From assembly GCF_046119375.1 (NCBI RefSeq), contig NW_027362771.1:82026001-82090000 (forward strand): a stretch of DNA of 64,000 bases, written 5' to 3'. Made by a program: the position numbers and the translations under genes. The notes below the pieces were generated by a model, which worked only from the letters and a program-made list of their open reading frames with translations, made no database searches and was not told the origin of the DNA. This document shows, in pieces, positions 49,968 through 63,373 of the stretch. Every line of letters begins with the position of its first letter. The stretch's first letter is position 1. The stretch is from Phyllobates terribilis (taxonomy: Eukaryota).

Positions 49968-52900
49968 AGTGTCCGGGAACCTTCCCACACACTTTTCTTA
50001 GCCAGGACTGCTTCTTGGCAGGGTTGGACGGTCCCACCAGAGAATCCTCTGGTGTGCCCTGGCTTCTACATCAGAAGAGTTCATGATAGCGCTAACTTTG
50101 CAGTTGCTATGGGGCTCTTGAGCGGGGAAGAAAAGTGAGCCCTCAGAATTAGTGATGAGCGAGCACTAAAATGCTCGGGTACTCATTGCTCGGGTGGAGA
50201 AAATTGTAATACTCGGGTACTTGACCCGAGCAACGAGCCCAATGTAAGTCTATGGGAAACTCGAGCATTTTTCAGGCGACTCCCCCCGGCGGTCTGCAGA
50301 GGGCCTAAAAATTGCCCAAATCGATGGGAACAGTGCTCAAATGACATGGGAACAGCATGGGGAAGACCCCTGGAAGCATCTCTGACTCCCAGATCACTGC
50401 TGTCAGCAACGTGGTCAGAGTATTACGCCACTTTTATGGACTCACAATAAAACATACAAAAATGAAACCAAAATGGATTTTCCTGGGAAATATGTTAAGG
50501 AACATCCTTTCCAGGGTAATGACTTCTATATAAGGCAAAATAAATGACCAAAAACAAAACTACTCCTTCACAACTTGGGTTATTTTCACACGTAGCGTTT
50601 TTGATGCGTTTTTGCACTTTTGAATTGCTTTCAACCAAGACAAATGCATTCACCAGGAAATGTCATTTTAACATTTTACAACCTTATCTGGCCATGTGGT
50701 GTGTGGCAAATCATCAGACACATGCATACAGTGCTGAAAAGACATGGGAACAGCATGGGGAAGACCTCTGGAAGCATCTCTGACTCCCAGGTCACTGCCT
50801 AAAAGTGTGCCCATCATAAGTGATCCTTGGCGCATGCGAAGATGCCTCCCGCCATGCACCTGTCATTGCAGACTTGCAACAATCACCGTCCAAGTCCTTG
50901 TCCCACTGCAACGTTCAGTTGTCCCTACCCCGTTCCTTGGAATGCAAGCGCAAGTATGCCGGGAGCCACCCACCCCCCACAGGCTGCAATACTATACTGC
51001 CTAATTTTTGACAGCTGCTTGCACTTGAAATGTGGCCTTTTAGGCTCGTGGAGGCGGAAGCTTTTCACAACCTCATGCCGGCGGCGGCTGGGTGTCCATA
51101 CTCGGTCACCAGCCGCCACTATATTTCCAAGTATCGCCTCCACCTTCCACAAGCACGGGTCCCACAACATTACCCGTGCCCTCCCCAGTGCACTTACTGG
51201 GAAGGACCGCCTAACCACAAACACGTGGACAGGTGAATGTGGCCAGGGATGGTACGGAGCCCGTCCACAACTTTTTTTGCTAAGAGTTGTATTTAGCTCG
51301 GTGAAAGGACTGACATAGTGGGAAACTGTATGTACCTGCGTGTCATTTCTGCTAGGAAGTCCTGTAATTGAGCTTGTTGCAGAAGCAATGGCAGCCCATC
51401 CAACATCAGCTCGCCCTTGTCGGTGGAGCTTTGACACACACACATCTTTCTTTGCGCATTTAATTTCTTGAATACAGAGTTGGACAATGGCCTGATCTGT
51501 AATGCGTTTTGAGAAATAACATGCATAAGCATGGCCGATCCACATTAAAAAAGCAGCCATAGAGTGTCCGGGAACCTTCCCCCACACTTTTATTAGCCAG
51601 GGCTGCTTTTCGGCAGGGTTGGACCGGCCCACCAGAGAACCTGAGACTCCTCCGGCGGGCCCTAGCTTCTCCTTCAGAAGAGTTCATAGTGTTGAGGTGA
51701 GGCCATGATGATGATAGAGGCCACCATTTGCTTAGTTTTCAGTTACTTGGAATGCAAGTGCAAGTATGCAGCCAGCCACCCACCCACCCACAGGATGCAA
51801 CACTAAACTGCCAGATTTCTGGGCAGCTCTTGCACTTGAAATATGGCCTTTTAAGCTCGTGGAGGTGGAAGCTTTTCACAACCTCATGCCGGCGGCGGCC
51901 GGGTGTCCATACTCGGTCCCCAGCAGCCACTATATTTCCCGGTATCGCCTCCGCCTTCCACAAGCACGGGTCCCACACCATTACCTGTGCCCTCCCCAGT
52001 GCACTTACTGGGAAGGACCGCCTAACCACAAACACGTGGACATGTGAATGTGACCAGGAACGGTACAGAGCCAGTCCACAACTTTTTTTGCTAAGAGTTG
52101 TATTTAGCTCGGTGAAAGGACTGGCATAGAGGGAAACCGTATGTACCCTTGGTGTCATTTCTCCCAGGAAGTCCTCTAATGCAGCTTGTTGCAGAAGCAA
52201 TGGCAGCCCGTCCAACATCAACTCGCACTTGTCGGAGGTGCTTTGACACACACACACACATCTTTCTTTGCGCATTTAATTTCTTGAATAGAGAGTTGGA
52301 CAATGGCCTGATCTGTAATGCGGTTTAAGAAATAACATGCATAAGCATGGCCGATCCACATTAAAAAGCAGCCATAGAGTGTCCAGGAACCTTCCGCCAT
52401 ACTTTTCTTAGCCAGGGCTGCTTCTCGGCAGGGTTGAACGGGCCCACCAGAGAACCAGAGACTCCTCCGGTGGGCCCTGGCTTCTCCTTCAGGAGAGTTC
52501 ATAGTGCCAAGGTGAGGCCATGATGATGATAGAGGCAACCATCTGCTTAGTTTTATGTTACTTGGTATGCAAGTGCAAGTATGCAGCCAGACATCCCACC
52601 CACCCACAGGCCGCAACACTAAACTGCCAGCTTTATGGGCAGTTCTTTGCACTTGAAATATGGCCTTTTAAGCTCGTGGAGGCGGAAGCTTTTCACAACC
52701 TCATGCCGGCGGCAGCCGGGTGTCCATACTCGGTCCCCAGCAGTCACTATATTTCCCGGTATTGCCTCCGCCTTCCACAAGCACGGGTCCCACAACATTA
52801 CCTGTGCCCTCCCCAGTGCACTTACTGGGAAGGACCGCCTAACCACAAACACGTGGACATGTGAATGTGACCAGGAACGGTACGGAGCCAGTCCACAACT

Positions 52901-53280
52901 TTGTTTGCTAAGAATTGTATTTAGCTCGGTGAAAGGACTGGCATAGAGGGAAACCGTATGTACCCTTGGTGTCATTTCTCCCAGGAAGTCCTCTAAAGCT
53001 GCTTGCACTTGAAATGTGGCCTGAACATTACTGCTGGTACTTTTCTGTGGGAATTTGCTTGCATCCTACCAGCCGGGAATATTTCCAGCAAACTATGGTA
53101 CAACGCCATGGTATTAGCACTGTCCACAGTACCAGTAGCGAAGCCATTCCCAATTTCCTTCTCAGGAATTTTATTTGGTAGACTGACTGGCTGCCTAAAT
53201 ACATTTTCTCACAAAGGAGCTGAAGATAGAGTGGCAGTAGATGCAAGTTTCTCCAGCCTGTTAGATATTAGAGGGTGAAC

Positions 53281-53408
53281 GGCAGCACATTGGATCAGTG
53301 GTTAGCACTGAAGCCTTGCAGCGCTGGGATCCTGGGTTCAAATCCCAGCAAGGACAACATCTGCAAGGACTTTGTATGTACTCCCCGTGTTTGCGTGTGT
53401 TTCCTCAT
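53281..53408 (+). mobile_element. tRNA-derived SINE (V-SINE-like) 5' portion
   Basis: A-box-like TGGATCAGTGGTTAGC, B-box GGTTCAAATCC (53335-53345), V-domain-like TCCCCGTGTTTGCGTG. Confidence 0.72.
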
Positions 53409-54337
53409 CAGTAAAAAAGCAGCCATAGAGTGTCCGAGAACCTGCTTCTCGGCAGGGTTGGACAGTCCCACCAGAGAATCCTCTGTTGTGCCTTGGCTTC
53501 TACCTCAGGAGAGTTCATTATAGCGCTAACTTTGCTGCTGCTATGGGGCTCTTGAGCGGGTAAGAAAGGTTAGCCCTCAGAATCAAATCCTCTGGTGGGC
53601 ACAATGTTTTTCATTCTGAAACAGCTTCTCAGTGGGAGTTGTATTTCACCACAGCCATATTCTTTAGCTCGGTGAAAGGACTGGCATAGATGGAAACCGT
53701 ATCTACCCCAGCTGTCATTTCTCCGTCACCAGGTTCAGCAGTGAGAGCCACAGATCAGGCTGCTGTGTTTCAGCTTTCAACAACTCTGCTGCGCTGGGCG
53801 GTTTGTCAATTAAGCATTAAGCATGTTATCTTGAGCACAGCCTGTTGCCGCTTGGCCAAGGCAGTGCTGTCAGCTTGTGACTGATGTGGTCATTTCGGAG
53901 ATGGAGGAGGAGGTGCATGAGCTGAACAATGTGATTACATTGAGGTTAGATTGGTGACGCTGTGTTTTATACTAAAGAAAGATCCTATTGTTTTGTTTTT
54001 TTTACGTTCTTTTTAAGACAAATGCATTCACCGGGAAATGTCATTTTAACATTTTACAACCTTATCTGGCAATGTGGTGTGTTACACATAATCAGACACA
54101 TCCTTTTTATTTATGATGGAGGGACTCTGAATGTCATAAAGCCTATTTTTATAGGGACATCAGACGGCCCTTACTATTCTTAAAAGGCCAGCAGTCGGCC
54201 CTAGCTATTGTTAGAGAGCCATCAGCCGGCTATGCTTTGTTGTTCCCATTATTAACAAGTGGTCTCCTATACTGTTATTGCGTATCCAGTGACTGCAAGG
54301 GCTGCCAAAAATGTGGACGCAACCCAATAAGAAATTA

Positions 54338-55735
54338 AAGAATTTAAAGACACACAGAGTAGGGCCACAGTAACAAGGTACGACATGTTCCAATTAGAAA
54401 GGAGAGGGTCTGCTATACAGTTATAGGGTATGCAGTGAGTCCAACAGCTGACCAAATTTAGGAAAAACCCCACTAACAATTTAAAGACACATAGCGCAGG
54501 GCCACAGTAATGAGTACGATATGTTTCCATTAGAAAGGAGAGCGTCTGCTATACAGTTATACGGTATGCAGTGAGTCCAACGGCTGACCAAATTTAAGAA
54601 AAACCCCACTAAGAATTTAAAGACACATTGAGCAGGACCACTGTAAGAAATACAACATGCTCCCATTAGAAAGGAGAGAGTCTTCTATATAGTTATAGGG
54701 TATGCAGTGAGTCCAACAGCTGACCAAATTTTGGAAAAACCCCACTAAGAATTTAAAGACACAGAGCAGGGCCACAGTAACGAATACGACATGTTCCAAT
54801 TAGAAAGGAGAGGGTCTGCTATACAGTTATACGGTATGCAGTGAGTCCAACGGCTGACCAAATTTAGGAAAAACCCCACTAAGAATTTAAAGACACATAG
54901 AGCAGGGCCACTGTAACAAGTACGACATGTTTCCATTAGAAAGGAGAGGGTTTGCTATACAGTTATAGGGTATGCAGTTAGTCCAACGGCTGATCAAATT
55001 TAGGAAAAACCCCACTAAGAATTTAAAGACACATAGAGCAGGGACACAGTAATGAGTACGACATGTTCCCATTACAAAGGAGAGGGTTTGCTATACAGTT
55101 ATAGGGTATGCAGTTAGTCCAACGGCTGACCAAATTTAGGAAAAACCCCACTAAGAATTTAAAAACACATAGAGCAGGGCCACTGTAATGAGTACGACAT
55201 GTTTCCATTAGAAATGAGAGGGTCTGCTATACAGTTATAGGGTATGCAGTGAGTCCAACTGCTGACCAAATTTAGGAAAAACCCCACTAAGAATTTAAAG
55301 ACACATAGAGCAGGGCCACAGTAACGAGTATGACATGTTCTCATTAGAAAGGAGAGAGCTTGCTATATAGTTATAGTGTATGCAGTGAGTCTAACAGCTG
55401 ACCAAATTTAGGAAAAACCCCACTAAGAATTTAAAGACACCGAGCAGGGCCACAGTAACGAGTACGATATGTTCCCATGAGAAAGGAGAGAGTCTGCTAT
55501 ACATTTATAGGGTATGCAGTGAGTCCAATGGCTTACCAAATTTAGGAAAAACCCCACTAACAATTTAAAGACACATAGAGCAGGGCTACAGTAACGAGTA
55601 CGACATTTTCCCATTATAAAGAAGAGGGTCTGCTATACATTTATAGGGTATGCAGTGAGTCCAACGGATGACCAAATTTAAGAAAAACCCCACTAATAAT
55701 TTAAAGACACATAGAGCAGTGCCACAGTAACAACA
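54338..55735. repeat. 136-bp tandem repeat, about 10 copies
   Basis: AAATTTAGGAAAAACCCCACTAAGAATTTAAAGACAC recurs about every 136 bp; short ORFs in the track repeat with the same period. Confidence 0.93.
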
Positions 55736-56189
55736 AATTCCCAATAGAAAGGAAAGGGTCTCCAATAGTGTTGGCCAATGCAGTGAATGCAAGGGCTACC
55801 AAAAATTAGGAGGCACTTCAATGCCCCTTGGAAGAGAAGTACAATGCATCGTAAAAAAATGTTCCCATTAGAAAGGAGCGGGTCTCCTATACTTGTAATG
55901 CTCATGCACTAAGTGTATGGGCTGACAAACATTTACCCCTGGGGGGTATACACGAACATACTGTATAAAAAATTTTTTTTATGGTCATCATAAACACCCT
56001 TTAAAAAAATTATGTGGGTGTTGCATCACGGACCATGGTCACCTTAGTGATATGATGGTGGAGGATGAGGATGAGGAGAAAGAGGAGGACAAGAGCAAAT
56101 AGCCAATATCAGGAAGCATATACCCATGTGTGGGTGTGAAAAGGTGCATGGGAATGCACCTCCCAAAAAGACACTGGATTTGAGTTTAT

Positions 56190-57099
56190 GTTACGCAGCT
56201 ATCATTCGGTGGTGTTGAGAAGTCTGGCCCAATCCAGCCCTTGTTCATATTTATAAGAGTCAGCCTGTCAGCATTTTCAGTTGACAGGCAGATGTGCTAG
56301 TCAGTTATAATTCCACCAGCGGCACTAAAAACTTGCTCTGATAAAACGCTAGTGACAGGGCAGGCCAGGACCTCCAAGGCGTAGAGAGCCAGTTTATTCC
56401 ACGTATCCACCTTGGATACCCAATAATTATAAGGCACAGAGGAATCACGGAGTGAGGACGTTGGTACGGTCAGCAAGGTACTCCCTCAGCATCTTCCCAA
56501 ACTTTGCACTCTTTGTGAGAGTACCCCACGCCTCAGGGCTTGTGCGATGGGAGGGGCTGAGAAAATTCTCCCAGAACTTTGACAGTGTTCCCCTGCCTCT
56601 GCTGGATTGGAGTTGTGTCTCTCTCGCATGTAGTCCTTGGTTGTCCAACGAACTGTGACCTTTGCCGCCAGCGTTTTCTGATGGGAATTTTTTTAAAAGT
56701 TCCGCAACAAGGGCCTTCGGGTACTGCCCCATTTTTGTAGACCTGTCCGCCTCAGGAATAAGAGATATAAAGTTCTCCTTGTAGCATGGGTCTAGAAGTG
56801 TCACCAACCAGTAATGACTGTCACCCAAAATTTTGAGAACGCAAAGGTCATGGGAAAGGCAGCGTAACATAAACTCAGCCATGCGTGCCAGACTACTATC
56901 AGGCAAGACTTCCATGACCTCACCAAGAGGATGACTGACCATGCTCTCCTCCTCCTCCTCCTCTCTGTCCTCTGGCCATCCACGCTGAACAGACGATATG
57001 ATAGCTGTGCAAGTAGTACCGTCTATAGTGCATGAAACTAGCTCCTGTCCTTCCTCCTCCTCCTCCTCTTCTTCATTGTCACCCAATCCACGTTGGGAT
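56190..57099 (-). pseudogene. C-terminal part of a hAT transposase, cut at 57099 by insertion of a related hAT
   Basis: YWLVTLLDPCYK, MLREYLAD and dimerisation-domain remnants; collinear with 61655-62560. Confidence 0.9.
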
Positions 57100-57316
57100 T
57101 AGTGTTGAGCGAACATGCTCGACACTGCTCGGTACTCTCCCGAGCATCACGCTACTCGGGATGTTCGGCGAGCACCGAGCATTTCCGGGTTACTCGGGCG
57201 GGAGCTCGGGTCTCCGCCCTGCATGTTTGGCGCTCTTTACAGAGCCAATGAACATGCAGGGATTGCCAGCCAGTCACTGTAATGCCGCAGCCATATTGTT
57301 TGTGGGCATTACAGTG

Positions 57317-57372
57317 ATTGGCTGGCCGCATAGCGTCACCTCGAGTATTTAAAACCGGGCGCCGCCATCTTG
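57317..57372 (+). promoter_or_regulatory. Putative transposase promoter
   Basis: ATTGG (reverse CCAAT) 57317, TATTTAAAA 57346, YY1-like GCCGCCATCTTG 57361; a similar arrangement occurs at ~12320-12380 in the other hAT. Confidence 0.4.
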
Positions 57373-57756
57373 GACACAGTCGCTCCGGATCAGACAGTGT
57401 AGGGACAGCGCTGCTGATTTAGGGAGAGATATATCTTGCAAAATAGTTAGTGTAGGGTCTGTAAAGGCTGCCAGATCAAACAAACAGTCCTTCTCAGGAC
57501 TAATATCCATCCCAGGTATATCAGGCAGGCAGGCAGGCAGGCTGTATAGGAGACGCAGTGGTTATACCAGCAAACGCTGCATTACAGTCCTGTGTGCTGC
57601 TCCTGTTGCTGAAATTGCTGGACTTAGCTCCAGGTCCCGGGGGCCAGGAAAAATCCTTTTTTTTTATCTAAATCCTCTTTTTTTTTTCCTCCTTCACAAT
57701 GTACAAATACCCATCTTATTAACCTTTTGGTGCCCCCCCCCCCCCCAAAAAAAAAG

Positions 57757-59165
57757 TGTGCCTCTGATTTTTCAGACACAAATATATCTGTTGAAAATAG
57801 TCTGGTGTAGGCCAGAGAAATAGAAGTGTGGTTTTGCAGTTCTATGGGCCATTTGTATCTAAAAAAACAGTTTGAGTGTGTCGCTCACTGTTCAGCCGCA
57901 AATATATATATATTTTAAAAAGCCTGGTATACACCAGTAAATTATTACTGTGGTTTTGATGTTCCACGGTAAAACATCTCTATTATCCTGTTTTTGGCAT
58001 TTTTTGCTGTATAAAAATAATAATAGTGTCTCCCTGATTTTTCAGACACAAATATATCTGTTGAAAATAGTCTGGTGTAGGCCAGAGAGACAGAAGTGTG
58101 CTTTTGCTGTTCCACGGTAAAAAATCTCTATTATCCTGCTTTTTGCATTTTTTGCTGTTAAAAAAAGAAATAGTGTCTCCCTGATTTTTCAGACACAAAT
58201 ATATCTGTTGAAAATAGTCTGGTGTAGGCCCGAGAAATACAAGTGTGGTTTTGCAGTTCCACGGTACAAACCTCTGTATTATCCACTTTTGGGCCATTTG
58301 TATCTAAAAAAACAGTTTGAGTGTGTCGCTCACTGTTCAGCCGCAAATATATATATATTTTAAAAAGCCTGGTATACACCAGTAAATTATTACTGTGGTT
58401 TTGATGTTCCACGGTAAAACATCTCTATTATCCTGTTTTTGGCATTTTTTGCTGTATAAAAATAATAATAGTGTCTCCCTGATTTTTCAGACACAAATAT
58501 ATCTGTTGAAAATAGTCTGGTGTAGGCCAGAGAGACAGAAGTGTGCTTTTGCTGTTCCACGGTAAAAAATCTCTATTATCCTGCTTTTTGCATTTTTTGC
58601 TGTAAAAAAAAAAAAAAAAATAGTGTCTCCCTGATTTTTCAGACACAAATATATCTGTTGAAAATAGTCTGGTGAAGGCCCGAGAAATACAAGTGTGGTT
58701 TTGCAGTTCCACGGTACAAACCTCTGTATTATCCACTTTTGGGCCATTTGTATCTAAAAAAAACAGTTTGAGTGTGTCGCTCACTGTTCAGCTGCAAATA
58801 TATATATATTTTAAAAAGCCTGGTATACACCAGTAAATTATAACTGTGGTTTTGCTGTTCCACGGTAAAAAATCTCTATTATTCAGGTTTTGGTAGTTTT
58901 TTCCGTAAAGAAAAACAGTAGTGTCTCCTGACTGTTGTGACACAAAAATATATCTGTTGAAAATAGTCTTGTGTAGGCCTGACATCCCAGTGTGGTTTCG
59001 CAGTTCCACGGGTCAAATCGCTGTACTATCCAGTTTTGGGCCTTTGGTATCTAAAAAAAAAGCAGTTTGAGTGTGTCACTCACTGTTCAGCCGCAAATAT
59101 CTCTATTTAAAAAAGTGTGGTATATCCCAGTAAACAATAACTGTGGTTTTCCTCTTCCACGGTTC
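57757..59165. repeat. Higher-order tandem repeat: 445-bp unit made of three ~148-bp related subunits
   Basis: Identical ORFs recur at a 445-bp offset (57983/58428); TTTTTCAGACACAAATATATCTGTTGAAAATAGTCTGG recurs within units. Confidence 0.88.
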
Positions 59166-59231
59166 TAATCTACTCTTTATTACCCTTTTTCCATTGATAG
59201 TGCAAGTGTAAGCTATTTTACTTCATTTACA

Positions 59232-62200
59232 ATGGGCAAGGCGCGTGGCAAGGGACGTGGAAGTGGACGTTCTGGTGATGGTTCGTGCAGAGGACGGGGC
59301 CGTGGCCAAGGTGAAAATGTGCCACAACCAACAGACACATCTTCTCACTCCCACTTCTTGACCGAATTACTAGGGAAGCACAGAACAACACCAGTATTGA
59401 GAACTGATCAGTGTGAACAGGTTATTAATTGGATAGCAGACAATACTTCCAGTTACCTGGGCACCACCACCTCCGGTCTGTCTTCCACACGGTCAACTCT
59501 TAGTAGCCGTGAGTCTCGACCGCATACTCCTCCTCACCCTGATGCTCCTTCCTCCCACCATGCCGAGTGTCGTCAGACAGCAAGTGATCCCACACTTGGA
59601 CACTCTGAAGAGCTGTTCACTGGTCCATTTCCATATTTGGGCCCCTCGCCTGATACGCTTGAAGTGGTGGAAGAGGAGATCCCATGTTGCGATGCCCAAA
59701 TATTTGAACAGCCACGGCCACAGGAAGTCGACGTTGGCAATCTGTCACAAGAGGTGGACGATGACGAGACACAATTGCCAGGAAGTGAGGAGGAGGATCG
59801 TGGTGCGCAAGTGGAAGAGGAGGAGGTGGTGGATGATCTAGTAACTGACCCAACATGGAAGGAGGACATGCAGAGTGAGGCCAGCAGCACACAGGGGGAG
59901 GGAGGCAGAAGCAGTGTGGTGGCCGCAGACAGAAGGCAGGCAACCGTTCCCCGTAACACCAACACGAGGGACGTTGCCAGTACAAGCGGTAGGTCTTCCA
60001 TGGTCTGGAATTTTTTGAAAGACTCTGCTGATAACCCCAAAAAGGCCATATGTTCCACCTGCCATGCCAGCATCAGCAGGGGTGACAAAACTACCAGCCT
60101 GACCACCACCAGCATGATCAGGCACATGGCAGCAAAGCACCCGACTTTGTGGGGCGAAACCCAGGGTCCACGACCAGTGTCAGCGGGTGTCACCACTGCT
60201 TCTTCCACTGTTGTGCGTGCAATAGAACCCCCTGTTGTGTGTGCAAGGCAATCCCCTGTCCATACTGCATGTAAAGATGCCCACTCCTCTCAGTCTTCAC
60301 TTGTTATGGCAGTTTCTCAAGAAACAGCATCAACGTCCACGTCCACGTCCCACCGCAGCGTTCAATTGTCCATATCCCAGACCTTTGAACGAAAGTGGAA
60401 ATTCGCAGCTAACGCCCCACAGGCCACAGTCCTAAATTCGCACATTTCACGACTGCTTGCATTGGAAATGCTGCCTTTTAGGCTGGTGGAGACGGAATCC
60501 TTCCGCAATCTTATGGCGGTGGCCGTCCCTCGGTACTCGGTCCCCAGCTGACACTATTTTGCCCGGTGTGCCATCCCCGCACTACACAAGCACGTGTCCC
60601 AAAGCATCTGCCGTGCCCTCAAAAACGCAGTTACTGGGAGAGTCCACCTGACAACGGACACGTGGACAAGTGCTTGTGGCCAGGGACGGTACATCTCTCT
60701 GACGGCACACTGGGTAAACATAGTGGAAGCCGGGACCCAGTCGGACCTTGGGACGGAACACATCCTCACCACACCGAGGATTGCGGGCCCTATGTCAGTC
60801 AGAGTTGCCCCCACAGTGTACAGCTCCTGCGCATCCTCCTCCTCCTCCTCCTCCTCATGTTCAGCCTCCATCTCAGATATCACCACATCAGTTACAAGCT
60901 GGAAGCATTGCAGTACTGCCTCCGCCAAGTGGCAACAGGCTGTGCTGAAACTCATAAGCTTAGGTGATAAACCTCACACTGCTTGTGAGTTGTGGACAGC
61001 TGTGAAAGAGCAGGCAGATCTGTGACTGAGACCGCTGAACCTACATCCCGGCATGGTCGTGTGTGACAATGGCCGTAACCTGGTGGCGGCTCTGAGGCGA
61101 GGTGAGATCACACACGTACCATGCCTGGCTCATGTGCTTAACCTCGTGGTTCAGCGGTTTCTTAAATCGTACCCCGAGTTGCCAGATCTGCTCGTGAAAG
61201 TACGCCGCCTGTCAGCTCATTTTCGCAAGTCGGCTACAGCTTCCGCCACCCTTGCTGTGTTGCAGCAGCGTTTGCAGCTTCCGGCACACCGACTGGTGTG
61301 TGATGTCCCCACACGTTGGAACTTTACCCTCCACATGTTGCAAAGGATTTGTGAGCAGAAGAGAGCAGTTGTGGAGTACCAGCTGCAACAAGGCCGTCGA
61401 TATTCAGGTCACACTCCACACATAAAACCTCAGGAGTGGACCTGGATGTCTGACATATGTACCATCCTGACAAACTTTGAGGAGGCCACCAAGATGGTGA
61501 GTGGCGATGATGCCATCATTAGTGTCAGCATCCCACTTGTCTGTCTTTTGCAACGCTCTCTGCAGAGAATTAAAGAGGAGGCATTGCAGCCAGAGTATAA
61601 TGAGATGGATCAAGAAGCCGTAGCGGGCGATTACACACAGCCCAGCCTCATCTCATCCCAACGTGCATTGGGGGACAATGAGGGAGAGGAGGAGGAGGAG
61701 GCGGAAGAACAGGAGCTGCTATCATGCGTTGTAGACGGTAGTACCTGTGCAAGTGTCATACTGTCGGTTCAGCATGGGTGGCCTGAGGACAGGGGGGAGG
61801 AGGAAGAGGAGGAGGAGGAGAGCATGGTCAGTCGTCATCTTGGTGAGGACACGGAAATCTTGCCCATTACCAGTCTGGCACGCATGGCTGATTTTATGTT
61901 ACGCTGCCGTAACTGTGACCCTCGCGTTGTCAAAATGGTGGGTGACAGTCATTACTGGTTGGTGACACTTGTAGACCCCCGCTACAAGGAGAACTTTCAC
62001 TCTCTTATTCCTGAGGTGGAGAGGTCTACAAAAATGGGGCAATACCTGAAGGCCCTTGCTGCAGAACTCTAAAAAAAATTCCCATCTGAACACGCTAGCG
62101 GTAGAGGTCACAGTTCGTTGCCCAACCAAGGCGTACAGGCGAGAGAGATGCAACTCCAATCCAGCAGAGGCAGGGGAACCCTGTCAACGTTCTGGGACAG

Positions 62201-62576
62201 TTTTCTGACACCCGCCCAGCTTACAGGCCCTGAGGCGCGGGGTACTCTCACAAGGAGTGGAAAGTTTCAAAAGATGGTGAGGGAGTACCTTGCCGATCGT
62301 ACCAGCGTCCTCCGTGATTCCTCTGTGCCTTTTAATTATTGGGTATCCAAGCTGGACACTTGGAATGAACTCGCTCTGTACGCCTTGGAGGTCCTGGCCT
62401 GCCCTGCCGCTAGCGTGTTATCGGAGCGTGTTTTTAGTGCCGCTGGGGGAATTATAACTGATAAGCGCACTCGCCTATCAACTGACAATGCTGACAAGCT
62501 GACCCTTATCAAAATGAACAAGGGCTGGATTGGGCCAGACTTCTCATCACCACCAAATGACAGCAGAGTAACATAA
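59232..62576 (+). pseudogene. hAT transposase (BED finger, DDE, dimerisation domain), 1114 codons with three in-frame stops
   Basis: VWNF..CSTC..RHMAAKH (BED), TTDTWT, VCDNG, CLAH, RWN, SVLSERVFS; four track ORFs share one frame, stops at 60549, 61023 and 62070. Confidence 0.95.
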
Positions 62577-62721
62577 AGTCAAATCCACTGTGTTATTTCG
62601 GGAGGTGTATTCACATGCACCGCTTCACACCCACACATGGGTATACGCTTCCTCGTTTCGGCTATTTAATCTTCTTCTCCTTATCCTCAACCTCCACCAC
62701 CACTATACCACCAGGGTGCCA

Positions 62722-63373
62722 GCATTGCAAGTTCCTCCGTCCTAATTTTTGGCAGCTTTTGCTGGGAAAGCATAAGCAAATACCATGGGACACCCACTCC
62801 CCAATAATGGGACTTATGTTTGTAATATGCTGTACTGCATGGCTCTTGTAAGGGGCATTGCAAGTTGCTCCGTCCTAATTTTTGGCAACTTTTGCTGGGA
62901 AAGCATAAGCAAATACTATGGGAGACCCACTCCCCAATAATGGGACTTATGTTTGGAATATGCTGTACTGCATGGCTCTTGTAAGGGGCATTGCAAGTTG
63001 CTCCGTCCTAATTTTTGGCAGCTTTTGCTGGGAAAGCATAAGCAAATACTATGGGAGACCCACTCCCCAATAATGGAACTTATGTTTGGAATATGCTGTA
63101 CTGCATGGCTCTTGTAAGGGGCATTGCAAGTTGCTCCGTCCTAATTTTTGGCAGCTTTTGCTGGGAAAGCATAAGCAAATACTATGGGAGACGCACTCCC
63201 CAATAATGGGACTTATGTTTGTAATATGCTGTACTGCATGGCTCTTGTAAGGGGCATTGCAAGTTGCTCCGTCCTAATTTTTGGCAGCTTTTGCTTGCAA
63301 GGCATAAGCAAATACTATGGGACACCCACTCCCCAATAATGGGACTTATGTTTGTAATATGCTGTACTGCATG
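62722..63373. repeat. 133-bp tandem repeat, about 4.9 copies
   Basis: GCATTGCAAGTT at 62722, 62855, 62988, 63121, 63254. Confidence 0.95.

Larger units (their letters stand above)
45977..50149. mobile_element. hAT element left part (interrupted; closing TIR not in window)
   Basis: TAGTGATGGGCAAGCACTAAAATGCT start; paralogous to the element starting at 50150. Confidence 0.8.
48140..53900. repeat. Array of ~815-830-bp composite units built from hAT transposase fragments (+) and an unidentified coding-like module (-)
   Basis: The LALEMWPFRLVEAEAF...TNTWT fragment recurs at ~48148, 48495, 49316, 51013, 51822 and 52640; homologous to 60450-60668. Confidence 0.85.
50150..57099. mobile_element. 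Second hAT element nested in the first (closing TIR not in window)
   Basis: CTCAGAAT|TAGTGATGAGCGAGCACTAAAATGCTCGGG; the uninterrupted target CCCTCAGAATCAAATCC is seen near 53575. Confidence 0.8.

Noticed and set aside
53281-53408. tRNA gene
   Set aside because: A/B boxes run into a SINE body; no cloverleaf or terminator
54338-55735. CRISPR-like or repeat-protein reading of the 136-bp, 133-bp and 445-bp arrays
   Set aside because: Whole units are repeated with no unique spacers, the context is eukaryotic with no cas genes, and the short ORFs merely follow the repeat period
59232-62576. Domesticated host gene ZBED4/ZBED6
   Set aside because: It lies inside a TIR-bearing element, has three stops and has decayed paralogs nearby
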